Notes under the pieces: generated by a model
What the model was told of the DNA's origin: nothing
Seen by the model: the letters and a program-made list of their open reading frames with translations, nothing else
Database searches by the model: none
Shown: positions 9,913 through 20,580 of the stretch, piece by piece
How positions within the stretch are numbered: the stretch's first letter is position 1
How the letters are laid out: each line of letters begins with the position of its first letter
Assembly (NCBI GenBank): GCA_010356995.1
Contig: ML996707.1
Coordinates: forward strand, 372,001 to 436,000
DNA length: 64,000 nt
Reading direction: 5' to 3'
From: Trichodelitschia bisporula
Lineage: Eukaryota
Translations under genes and position numbers: made by a program

Positions 9913-10387
9913 GGTCCTAAAAATCTGTTAGGAAGAAGTTCCATCATGATACATAACTCATCCCAACTCACACGTGAAGGAGGGTCACAATCGTACTTCA
10001 TGGAGGTCGGACGTCAAAAAATAACAATTCCTTCGTGAGAAGTCTATACTGGTAAGGATGTGATGTTGTTGAAAGAGAAATGGGATGTGATGTGAAAGAT
10101 GTTGGAGGTGGGGATGAGCAGAAGATATGCATCACTGAATGTGGAGTGCCTTCCTCCCAGTGCATGGTGCCTCCCTCTCGACGCTAAGGGAACTGCGGGG
10201 GAACTGACTTACTTGAATGGCAGGTACTAGCTGCTCCGGTGTGAAATGGCAAGTGCGTATGAACAGTGCTGGGAGAAAGAGGGAAGAGCAATGGAATATA
10301 TATGCAGGAGCGAACAGAGTAGCAAGAGCGACCATGCGCGAACCGCCAGTGGCTCACAGGGAAATGTCAGCCACACGCCGGCCTCAG

Positions 10388-10449
10388 GAAAGGATATCAA
10401 CTCGCGACCACAGAAAGGATATCAACTCGCGACCATGGAAAGGAATCAA
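10388..10449 (+). repeat. 25-bp tandem repeat, 2.5 copies
   Basis: gaaaggatatcaactcgcgacca at 10388 and 10413, with a partial copy at 10438. Confidence 0.9.
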
Positions 10450-12027
10450 GTTAACTTGCTAGGCGTAATACTACCATTTAGGTGTAGCACAAACCAAGTT
10501 TAAGCAAATATCTATCGCTAGTTAGGATTCTAACGGCGTTGCGGACATACGAGTCCACCATGGTACGTTGTGAAGTGCGAGGATGGCTTGCGTGGACCAT
10601 TTTTGTTGCGTGCGCGTCTGATTGGCCGCACCGACGTGCCTGGCGCGACGGGTTGAGGTGGAAAGGCCAAAAGACCACGGGTAGAGTACGATAGAAGTGA
10701 CATTCCCGTCCGCCATGCAACTTTTGGGTAGGGAGGGGAGGTACAACGTAAGCTCTTTCACAGCCTGCTTCGGACCAGCGTTCGCGGAAGCGACTATCAC
10801 CAGCTGCTCGTGCTGCTGTACGTGGTAGTCAGGACCGAAGGGCCAAAGGCCACCCCAAAAGGTCGTGGCCAGCCCCGCCCGCAGAGATGCCCAGGCAGGC
10901 AGTCACGATTTCTGTCGGTGACTCTTCGACAAGGCTTGATATGTATCCCATAACATGCGGCAGAGCTCCCCTGTCAACTCCGCGCAGTGCCATTGGGATG
11001 CGAAAACTGCTTGAAGGGGCAGAGGATGGGTGAGGTTGACGTGGGGTACGGAAGGACTCCACGACGCGGCAGCAGACGGACCTTGGAACAACTTGGGCAA
11101 CCATATGTACTGTAGTTAGTACTTAGAACTAGTACGGAGTGTTGTACTATGCTGCTCCAATAGACCGCTAGGTCGGAGACTGTTGGTGGTTGCGTCACAG
11201 CACCAGTTCCCATGTCGTCCATATTATTGTTTACGTCCGGTCCGCAAGCTACTCCACCAGAGTCAGTCGAAGCCACTACCCTGCAGATGGGTTCGATGGA
11301 GGAGATCGTCTTTGCATAAAAGCTGCAGTCAATGAGCTGCAAGTTAAAAGATAAGTGACAGCATGCAGCCAAAAGGAATTCAGAGTTGGGGCTGGTGAAG
11401 ATTGACAAGGAACGAATGGAGTGGAGTTGAATGGATCGCCACCTTCTGATATGACCAACTACCCAATAACCTGCCGTAATTCTAGCCCGTGCACCGTCGC
11501 ACATAGCGATGGGCTGGACGAATCGAAGTAGCTGAGGCGGTGCAAATTCTGCACTCGCCACACTTGCACCGCCCCGTCCGTGGGGGGCGCTATGCCTTTC
11601 GCAGTTAAGCGCTAACCTGGAGCACGGCGTTAGTTGCGTGCTTTGCCGTCATAGATGCCTCGTACGATAGGCTTCGCGCGTCGCTTCATTCGCCGGACCG
11701 CCCAGCCCGTTCTGCCTTGGAGAAGGAACAAGTCTGAAGCCAAACACCAGAAGCATCTTCTTCTTCCCCCCGTCAACCAAAGCGAGCTGAAGTCGTAGCA
11801 GAACTCTCAGTCAACGCCAACGCACTTATCCGTCGCCTACTATCCCTCCTTCCCCATCTCTTTGGCTTTCCTTCAACTCTCTTCCGCTTCTCCTTCCATC
11901 TTCCGTCCGCGTCTCCGCCACCCTACCAGCGTCCCCTTTGAAACAAACCCTTCATCAATTACCAACACACCCCGACAACAACGTGATCGGGCCACTGCGC
12001 GAGTTCCAACAGCTTTAGCACCCCTTC

Positions 12028-13756
12028 ATGGCACTCTCCTCTGCCTGCCATGACACTCCAGCACTCCTCAACATGGCCGGCGGTGCCAGCGCCTTTGTCG
12101 CCGCTGTTCCGCACCAGTCGCATCCGCCCTTCCTGAACCTATGTCTGCTCGTCTTCGAGGCCGTTATGGAGGTCGTGTGCGTCAGTCTGCCGGGTTACAT
12201 TTTGGCCCGCCAGGGCATGTTCGATGCGGAATCGCAAAAGTTCCTCGCCAACTTAAACACGATGCTCTTTACACCGTGCCTCAGTGAGTACACCGGCCTG
12301 CGCGCACAGGCCCTGCTAACGGTGCAGTCTTCTACAAGATTGGCGACAAGCTCGAAATCAGCCAGCTCGGCGACCTCGCCATCATCCCGGTCATCTTCGT
12401 CGTGCAAACCGCGGTTTCCTACGGCTGTGCTAGGGTCGTGTCTCGCATGTTCGGTTTCAAAAAGCGTGCGACCAACTTCGTTACGGCTATGGCGGTGTTT
12501 GGTAACTCCAATTCGCTGCCCATCTCTCTCGTGACGTCACTCGCATACACCATTAAGGGCTTGCACTGGGATAAGATCCAGGGCGACAACGACGCCGAGG
12601 TTCAGGCCCGTGGTCTGCTCTACCTCATCGTCTTCCAGCAGCTCGGCCAATTTGTGCGTTGGAGCTGGGGCTTCCACGTGCTCCTGGCGCCGCCGGAGGC
12701 ATACGCGGACGATGAGGATGGCGAGCAGGGTCGTTTAGAGGGGGGCCAGTACCAGGACGAGCCGGAGGCGGAAGCGCTGCTGCAGGAGTTCGCGGATCCA
12801 GTCGCCAACGGCAACGGCAAGAAAAATGGTCTCCAGACGTCGCGCTCCGACCCGCAGCTCTCGACATCGGACTATGGATCGGGGGCCGCGACGCCGATGT
12901 ACCAAGATGACGGCTCCTACGAGTCCGAGGTGGACTCGGATGCTCTCAGCGGTAACTCCCGCAACGGCTTCAATGGGTTCCGCAAGCCGGATCCCAAGGG
13001 CTGGATCAAGCAGGGGAGGCACTGGATGCAGAAACAGTCCGATCGCGCCTCGAGTGGCACTGTCAATGCTTGCCATAAGGCGTGGGCCTCGCTCCCGCCT
13101 AAGGTTCAGACCGTCCTCAGCGCTATCTGGCGCCCAGTTAGCAAGGTCCTCAACGCATGCTGGGAACTCATGAGTCCGCCGCTGTGGGCAATGATCTTCG
13201 CGCTCATCATCGCCGCCGTCCCCAGCCTGAAGCATTACTTTTTCACCAAGGGCACTTTCGTCAACAACTCCGTCACCAAGGCCATCAAGCAATCCGGTGA
13301 CGTCGCCGTGCCATTGATCCTCGTCGTCCTCGGCGCCAACCTCGCGCGCAACACCCTGCCGCAGGACCAACTGGATGCTGAAGACCCGGTGCTGGAGAAG
13401 CGCCTCGTGTGGGCTTCGCTGCTTTCTCGTATGCTTCTCCCGCTTGCGATCATGGCGCCGCTTTTCGCGCTCACGGCGAAGTACCTGCCCATTAGCCGGC
13501 TCGAGGATCCGATTTTTGTGATTGTGGTGTTTTTGCTTAGTGGTGCGCCGACGGCGCTGCAGCTCGCTCAGATCTGCCAGATGAACAATGTGTACATGGG
13601 CGCTATGTCCCGGATTCTGTTCTCGAGCTATGTTGTTTGGTATGTTGTATCCTTTTACGTGGGGGGACGATTACTGACTGTTGCAGGATCCTTCCTTCAA
13701 CCATCGTGCTCGTCATGCTCGCTCTCGAGACGGTCGAGTGGACTGGTGCGGTGTAG
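12028..13756 (+). CDS. Auxin efflux carrier (AEC/PILS-like, Mem_trans) family transporter; exons 12028-12283, 12328-13639, 13687-13756
   Basis: LVFEAVMEVVCVSLPGY, LFTPCL|IFYKI, FGNSNSLPISL, RWSWG, PPLWAM and GDVAVPLILVVLG. N- and C-terminal transmembrane bundles are separated by a hydrophilic loop, with two canonical introns. Confidence 0.92.
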
Positions 13757-14479
13757 GCGGCATTTACGCATGCTGCGTACGGCGGCGTTTTAGCGGAGGT
13801 GCTTCAACTTGCTTTCCTCATGGCGGCGGCGTTTGGTGGAAAAATACCTTAGATTCGGGGGCGACCTTTTCGACTTTACTGCTTGGAGGCTTTGCGGATG
13901 GCGCGCTGGATATCTTGTATCAATACGCGTGGACCGGGGACGTTCGTGGTTGAAGGGTGGGTACATAGCATAGGCAATAGCTCATAGGCAACAGATAAGC
14001 GATTTCAGTTCTGCTTCTCGTGTGCGTGCGGGGTACATGTGACGAATATTGGCATCAGGAGAATGATATGGAGGAAATCAACATATTGCAACTTCACCCA
14101 TGGGCGTGCGAGGCTTGAGGTGTGTATTTAACGCCCCCTTAAGCGATCGTCGAGAGCATGGTCGGCCTTGGCCTCATTCCCATGGTCGGCGGGTGCGGCT
14201 GATGTTTCAGCGCGCTTACTGTGTCTTTCAGCCTCGCGCGAGGTATTGGATATTGGGGATCGGCATTGGGCGTTGAGGGTATGAGCTGGAGTTTGTTGGA
14301 CGAGTGAGGTGAGGCAGCTTTGGCGCTGGGAGTCGACTGGCGAGACATTGCATGGAGGGCAAGGTGATTGCGTCAGTATCTTCACTGTCGGGCAAGGGAA
14401 GGAGAAAACTGTACGTGGACATGTAATGATTCGGACTACGTGACAGTCGCCCTGCTCGCCTTGCTCACTCTCCACTAAG

Positions 14480-14800
14480 CTACCTAATCCTGAATACTTG
14501 CACTTCTTCTCGAATTTCGGCAAAATTTGGTCGAAGATGCGCTCGAGATGTTGCAGTAGTGTGCGGCATTCCGTGATAACGGCGCTTAGCTGCCCCTCAG
14601 CGCTCTCGCTCGGCGGATAATTCGTAATAGTGGATGCTGTCCGCTCCAGAGCCTCGGCGAACAAAGGCAACTGCACAGCGATAGATCGGAGTGATCTAGG
14701 GGTAGTTGTGGAATCGTCGCCGAATTCATTCCAGCGGCCAATGAGTTGATGTGAGAAGTGCGCGAGATGATTGCAAAAGTTGATCAGCCCGATATTTGAT
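14480..14800 (-). pseudogene. SesA-like (N-terminal domain of fungal NLR/STAND proteins) relic
   Basis: The frame reads IGLINFCNHLAHFSHQLIGRWNEFGDDSTTTPRSLRSIAVQLPLFAEALERT...QLSAVITECRTLLQHLERIFDQILP, resembling SesA N-termini (RLNEF..P...I...LPL...L.R...C...L..I...LP). There is no in-frame ATG and no downstream NACHT/NB-ARC P-loop. Confidence 0.6.
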
Positions 14801-15067
14801 TTGCCGGCGCTTGAGGGTGGATGTCCAGTCCCCCGTTATCCTGGTACCGGGAATTGGCGTCCGGTCCTTCATTCCATCGCGCGAGCATGTAGCTGTTGGC
14901 CCGAGCTATCTGCATGAGGTAGTGGAAGACTCGGCCATTCATTGGCCTTCAGGTCCGAGAAGGCCTTCTCAGCCTTCAAAACTTTGCGCTTCAAGACGTG
15001 TCTACGGTTGCACGCCCACTCCAGTATCAAGTATGCCCGGCTTCATGGCCTGGGGGAAGACGACGTG

Positions 15068-15215
15068 CCATGAAACCCTGAACCCTGAAGCCATGAAGCC
15101 ATGAAGCCATGCGTATCCCTGATCTATAACAACGTGTGCAAGCATCGTCCCCCATGTGGGTTGACCCATCAATGCCACGTGTGTGTAGACCCATTAATGC
15201 CATGAGGGTTGACCC
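15068..15215 (+). repeat. Short tandem repeat cluster
   Basis: An (aagccatg)-like 8-mer x5 at 15068-15110, then gggttgacccatcaatgcca / gtagacccattaatgcca / gggttgaccc at 15158-15215. Confidence 0.75.
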
Positions 15216-15422
15216 GAACAAACAGAGAAGAACAACAACCGGAATGCCTGTCTGGAAATATATGGACTGAGGGTTCAGTAGGGTACGGTAAGTAAGAAAG
15301 AGAAGTGCCTTACTCCTAAGAATTGGCAGAGCCGTCCGTCCCGACGCCGCGGCCGCGCAGCCGGCGGTGTACTAGGCCGTTCCATCCCGGAGAAATGGGT
15401 GTTGTTGAGAGTAAAGAGCAAG

Positions 15423-15582
15423 GATGACGTCGATAGAGCAATCGAAGGAGGGACGACGTGATGAAGCAATCGAAGGACGGAGGACGTCGATGAAGCGATC
15501 GAAAGATGACGTCGATAGAGCAATTGAGGGAGAGATGACGTCGATGAACAGTCGATGGGTGACGTTGACAAACAGTCGAAGG
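15423..15582 (+). repeat. Degenerate minisatellite, six ~24-29-bp units
   Basis: The core gatgacgtcgat(ga/ag)agcaatcga repeats six times with variation. Confidence 0.88.
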
Positions 15583-15626
15583 AGGGGGCTCAACCTCGGC
15601 GTCACGGTTTTCGGGAGGATCAGAAG

Positions 15627-16750
15627 TTATGACACTTCAGCCTTCTTAAACGCGACGGTCAAAGGAGACTTCGGAGGGCCGTTTCGGAAGAGAGTCCATC
15701 TGTCGACATATACCTTATCTAAGGCGTTGCCAACGGGGTCGCCTTGGTCCCGGATAAGGCACTTGACCACCGTATCATGGCACTTTCTTAGGACCTCTTC
15801 GTGGCTAGCAATCTCGAGGTGAAGGATTCTCTCAACCTCACGGCTCGGCGGATAATACAGCGTGCGTTGGACGTCGAAACAGGAGTTCATCTTGAGTTGC
15901 GAGAGCTCTGTCAGCGCATTTCTGAAGACAATCACCAGGGTACTTGAACGAGGTGGGGTTGACCTTGTGCAGGTACGTATAAGAAGCGAGATCGTCCACT
16001 GAGACGGAGCCAACGTCGATGACGTTCCCGACGAAATTGCTCTTGGAGATCATCTTGGGGTTAAGTGTGCGGCAGTGGCACAGCAGTGCATGCGTTTGTC
16101 GGAGAGTGCCTGGCACCACGTCTCTGGCGGGACATTCTGTCATCCGATCTTTGCTTGACTCTCTTGCTGGTTCTAGCTGATCTGCCGATTGAGGTTCTTT
16201 GATTGCTGGTTAACTGATACGTCAACGAACTGCTGCATGAATTCCCACAAGCTGTAGAAGTTCTCCTTCGAGTACGTCTGGGCAAAGTGGCTGGTGAGGA
16301 CATCTTCATCATTGACACTACAAAGGCAGGTGTTTCGCTCCAGCTGCTCCCGAACAGAGATCTCCATATGGCGGAGAGCCTTCTTCACCCGGTGCTGTAC
16401 GGTCCCCCAGGCATTCCCCGAAAACCTGGCCCTGGTATTGGGACTTGTGGCTCGACCGTTTGCACTCAAAGATGGACCAAGGGTCCGTTGGGTCTTAAGC
16501 GTTTAGACAGACGATTGATCCATCCGTCTCGGAGTTGACGCTGCGATTGCCGATGAAGACCTTGTTACTGACTGCTTCAGGGCTCCAGCACATATCGTAC
16601 TGGCGGTTCTCGATGCCGCCCTTTTCCTTCGCCCTCCAGCTTAAAAGGACCATTCTGATGAAGCCAGCAGCGACTGCTACCGTCGCTTGCTCGGTCTTTA
16701 TGGCGGACCCTGGATTTGTATTGGCGGATGCTGTGCATATTGCGGGCCCT
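15627..16750 (-). pseudogene. Second PD-(D/E)xK-like nuclease gene, disrupted (different subtype from 8900-9912)
   Basis: TEQATVAVAAGFIRMVLL...WSPE...FIGNRSVNSETDGSIVCLNA*DPTDPWSIFECKRSS...QYQGQVFGECLG, with D at 16522-16524 and E-x-K at 16467-16459. There is a stop at 16495, a frameshift in a G-run near 16405, and coding-like frames continue to 15627. Confidence 0.62.
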
Positions 16751-17180
16751 AGTCTCCTGGTAAGGGTGCCGATGCTGCGATACCTGATCACCGAAGACTT
16801 CATTCATGATCTTCTCCAGCGGATGGCGAACTGTTCTAGGGTCTCTCCCTGGACCCTTTGCCCTACGCCGGACTTTGGATTTTAAAGGCTCGCTCTCACC
16901 TTCTCCTTGTAGTTCTTGTCGGAGTACATGGCATTCAGGTCTTCGAAGAGTTGGTCGGCGCTTTGTACGCGTTAGGATTGGTCTCGTCGGCACAGTCATA
17001 GACTGTATCGAAAGCCATACCCTTGTATTTTGTAACGAGATAATCCAGCTTAGTCCTGTCCGACCTGAAGTGCCCCGGCATAGCTCTGAACCGCGCCTGT
17101 GCTTGAAGGCGCTATGCTCGGTACTTCGTGTAGGCATCCTCCCCTTCGCCGGAGAACATCGGAATGTCCGGCAGCTTGAG
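16750..17180 (-). mobile_element. Retrotransposon Gag (capsid)-like relic with RIP-type stops
   Basis: KLPDIPMFSGEGEDAYTKYRA*RLQAQARFRAMPGHFRSDRTKLDYLVTKYKGMAFDTV...Y[frameshift]ADQLFEDLNAMYSDKNYKEKVRASL*...GETLEQFAIRW fits the Ty3/Gypsy-type Gag pattern (P.F.G..Y..W; K..Y......G.A; L...Y.D; ET...F..R). Stops at 17112 and 16882. Confidence 0.68.
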
Positions 17181-18533
17181 TGGCTACAAGCTAGAGCCGT
17201 ACATGAAGGCTTCCCAGCGGGTCTCCTCGGCGACGATACGCGGCATCGAATCAAAATCCGTAGCGGCCGTTCGTGCTGTCGGTCCCGGCGGGTATCTACA
17301 AGCTTGGTTAACGGTGACTTCATACTTCCCGAGGTCTGCTGACTGAACTGTTTACGGCTTGAGTCTGCCGAAGAGTGTATTCTCCACAACTCTGGGCCCA
17401 GGTGGAACGTAAAGACAGTAAACGTGGTTGAATTCCAGCCTAAGCAGCAGAGCCAGCATTTTGATGCCAATGTCGTCGAGATGGTTGTCGCTGGACTTTG
17501 GAGGGAAACATACTATCAAGCTTCTTTCGCCGTTCAGCGTGTTCGGGACTGAGGGCAGGCAGGCCTGCTTGGTTATGGCTGATGATGGCTCGCGACATAA
17601 GCGGCGAAGGTCTGAGGTGGGAGGTACGTACCTTGAGGGGTGCTGAGAGACGAGTATAAGAAATGGCGATGAAAGATGATAGTGTTGATTCGGCTGAAAT
17701 TTCGAATGATGCATCTTCACCATGACGATTACTTGGCTCCTATATACGAGTACCGTAAGAGTTGATAATGGTTGGTGTTGATGGATGGTTTGATGGTGAT
17801 GTGGTTGGTCGGAGCAAGAATTGATGTGCAAACTGCAGCCCATATGGTCGGAAATAGAGTCACGTGACACGGAGACAGCCTAAGTGGGGAAGGAGCGGTC
17901 CAGACGTCATACGATCCCTGCCGGCGACAGTGGCTGATGCCTTTCTTGGCCTCGTGAGTGCGTCTTTGTCCGTCACTCTCCTCCACTCTCCTCAAGCCTT
18001 ATCCATTTGCAATTCATATCTTGCGCGTCCATGCCTCATGAGCCTCCACATATTTGCCTGAGGAGGCTGTGCAGGCCTCAGGCTCACCTGCAGCCCTGTT
18101 GGACGAAGCAAAGACGCGCAAAAAAAGTGACCTTGTGAGTCGTGGCGAGTGCACAGCCACTCAAGTATTCCCAAGCCCAATGACAAGGCAAAGAGCACAC
18201 ACCAACTCCACCCCCGTCACACGCCCGTCTCGGCCTTCGCCCAGAGCCCGTTGACTCACGCCGGTCCACGTCGAAGGCCACCGTGTGTGGGTGGGTCAAT
18301 GTGATCAGTCAAAGACTCCGTCAGGTCAGTCAGTCAGAGCCAGAGAGCCAGAGACTAGTCCCAAGTATATAATTCCCTTCGCACCACCACCCAAGCCATG
18401 TTTTCCTCTCTTCCTGCTCGTTACACTCCGCTCGGGGGACTTCGTCTCTCCTCTCCTCTCCTCTCCCCTCCTTCTCTACCATCTCCCCAACCCAACATTT
18501 TCTCAACTCTTGAACCTGATACCGCAGTCTGCT

Positions 18534-18917
18534 ATGGGTGCTCGTCACAATCGCAAGCGCACGCGTAGTAGACCTCGCAACCGCAATTCGCAACGCATCC
18601 AAGCGTTGTCAGTCTGTCCCACACCTGTACCGGCCTCAATCCCCGCCGGCGCCTTCCACTGGCAGCATCTGCATCAGCAGCTCAACGCCTGGCCAGGCCG
18701 TATTCCTCAGGTTCTACAGCAGCAGCAGCAGCAGCTCCAGCACTCTCCGCATACTCTGCAGGTCCAGCAACATGCCAATCACCAGCCCTACATGCCTCTA
18801 GCCGACCGTCTGCGGCTCTTCGGCGGCTCGGCCAGCGACGAAGTAAGCCTTTGCGCCCCGATGCTGGAGGTTGTCATGGGCCTGTTCAACGGCCAGATCG
18901 ACTATGAGGATCCTTGA
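18534..18917 (+). CDS. Small hypothetical protein (127 aa) with an Arg-rich N-terminus and a polyQ tract
   Basis: TATATAA near 18367, then a pyrimidine-rich leader and ATG at 18534. MGARHNRKRTRSRPRNR...Q7...RLFGGSASDEVSLCAPMLEVVMGLFNGQIDYEDP*, with gene-like codon usage. Confidence 0.7.
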   Translation: MGARHNRKRTRSRPRNRNSQRIQALSVCPTPVPASIPAGAFHWQHLHQQLNAWPGRIPQVLQQQQQQLQHSPHTLQVQQHANHQPYMPLADRLRLFGGSASDEVSLCAPMLEVVMGLFNGQIDYEDP

Positions 18918-19908
18918 ACATTTTTTTTTGTTCTACTTCGTCTTTAATCACACCCTCCCCTCCGCACACTTGCACCCTGCAATCTTTCCTTAGGCCCTCA
19001 CAAGTCTTTTTGGTTATCCAACACCACACTACTCGCCACTCTTCTCTTTTCTCTCGCTCTCTCATCGCACCTTCCCTGAAGTCGGTAGCTCATAGCCTCG
19101 CGCGCAGGTCAGCGCCGGCCGCCCCGGCCGGGGGACGCTCTCGCCATCACCGAGGCAACCGAGCACCGCAACACAACACGGAGGAAGCACACAGGCACAG
19201 GCATCAAAGGGAGGGTCAAGTCACGGCCGCAAACACAACTGTCATAGCACAAAATGCAAGCCCCCCTGTCCCCATATCACCCTTGCCCCCGCGGCCTGCC
19301 AGTGGCGATGACGCGAGCGAGCGGGCGCGGCAAGGCTGCAGCCTGGCCCGCCCGCCAAGAGACGGGAGAAACGTCTTCCACTTCCACACAACTTCCACGA
19401 TCCGCAGCACTGAACTCCGTACTTGATCTCACACCTTGACCGATCTCACACGCACACACTCAACGACATGACTCACCCACATCCTACTGTACCCTAGGCC
19501 ATCACAGCCCACCGGACTCGCAGCAGGTGCCTCCCCTCGCTTCCCGCGCCGGCGCGTGCGGCACAGCGGGGGCGGCATTGGTTCATGCGGCTGGGCCTTT
19601 GGGGGAGGGATACGCGTTTGGGGGATTTTGGGGGGCTGCCTGAGCTACAGGCGGCGGATTAAAAAAAGGGTTACGGCTGGGAAGAGGGCGCTAGATGCAC
19701 CTGCCTACCGGTAGTGAGCGTCGTGCCTGTTGACTCATGCTGTTGGGGCACGGGGAAAGTCAGTCGTTGGTGTGTCTGTATGAATGTGTGGAGGGGGTTG
19801 GGTGTGTGGAGGAGAGTGGGAATTTCCTTTGATCTTTGATACCCCGTACTGCGCAGTACGCTTTTCGCACATATCCCGAATCTGATTATTTGGCCACACA
19901 TGCTTTGA

Positions 19909-19966
19909 AACTGTGATTCTCGCTCAGAACCGTGATCCTCGCTCCGAACTGCGATCCTCGCATCTG
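19909..19966 (+). repeat. 19-bp tandem repeat x3
   Basis: aactgtgattctcgctcag / aaccgtgatcctcgctccg / aactgcgatcctcgcatctg. Confidence 0.85.
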
Positions 19967-20580
19967 AGCCATGAATCCGTCTAAACCGCCCCTACGTCCT
20001 CGGTGTCAGTTCCCAGACCCCGCGCCTTCTGCAGGCACCGACACCGCAGGCAGGGCCACGCGGCAAGCGCCCACCGTCCGCGCCTTTCCTCCCCGCCTCA
20101 AGCAGGCGGTCGTTACTTCTAGATACGTAGCTCGAGCGGGTAGTCACAGTACAGATACGTAGCATCAGCGCAACAAATAGCATCACGCCAGACGGGCGGC
20201 CGCCTACCCCACAGTGCGTGTCTTGCGGACACAGGGCGCGGGCACGAATGCAGGTCCGCTGCGGGGCGTGGGGCGGTGGCCGAATCGGGGGGGTACACAT
20301 CATATCGGAGACCTCATCTGATGACTGAGATCAAGGAGTGCGGGCGAATGAAGTTCCATTTTCAATGTATCTACGAGAGGTGACTACTTTGGGTTGATAT
20401 CTACAGTTTTGCGGGGGCCTTGCGCGGCGTAGGGTTTCTGGTGGCACGGGATATCAGCGATGTTCACCACAATAGGCGTGGGTGAATTAGGGATGTCTAT
20501 CGTAACTCGTTGTCGTTTATGGTTTACATGTCCATTGTCTCATATCCGCCCTCGCACTAGGTCTAGAGTAAGAAAAGCGC

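Noticed and set aside
15423..15582. Minisatellite as a CRISPR array
   Set aside because: Eukaryotic DNA, degenerate contiguous units without unique spacers, and no cas genes.
16577..17470. 297-aa minus-strand ORF as a real protein
   Set aside because: Arg/Ser-rich shadow frame. The recognisable motifs lie in the neighbouring stop-interrupted frames.
17859..17868. Perfect palindrome GTCACGTGAC as an element terminus
   Set aside because: A common bHLH E-box also found at 35856 and 40245, with no matching terminal repeat on the other side of the relic.
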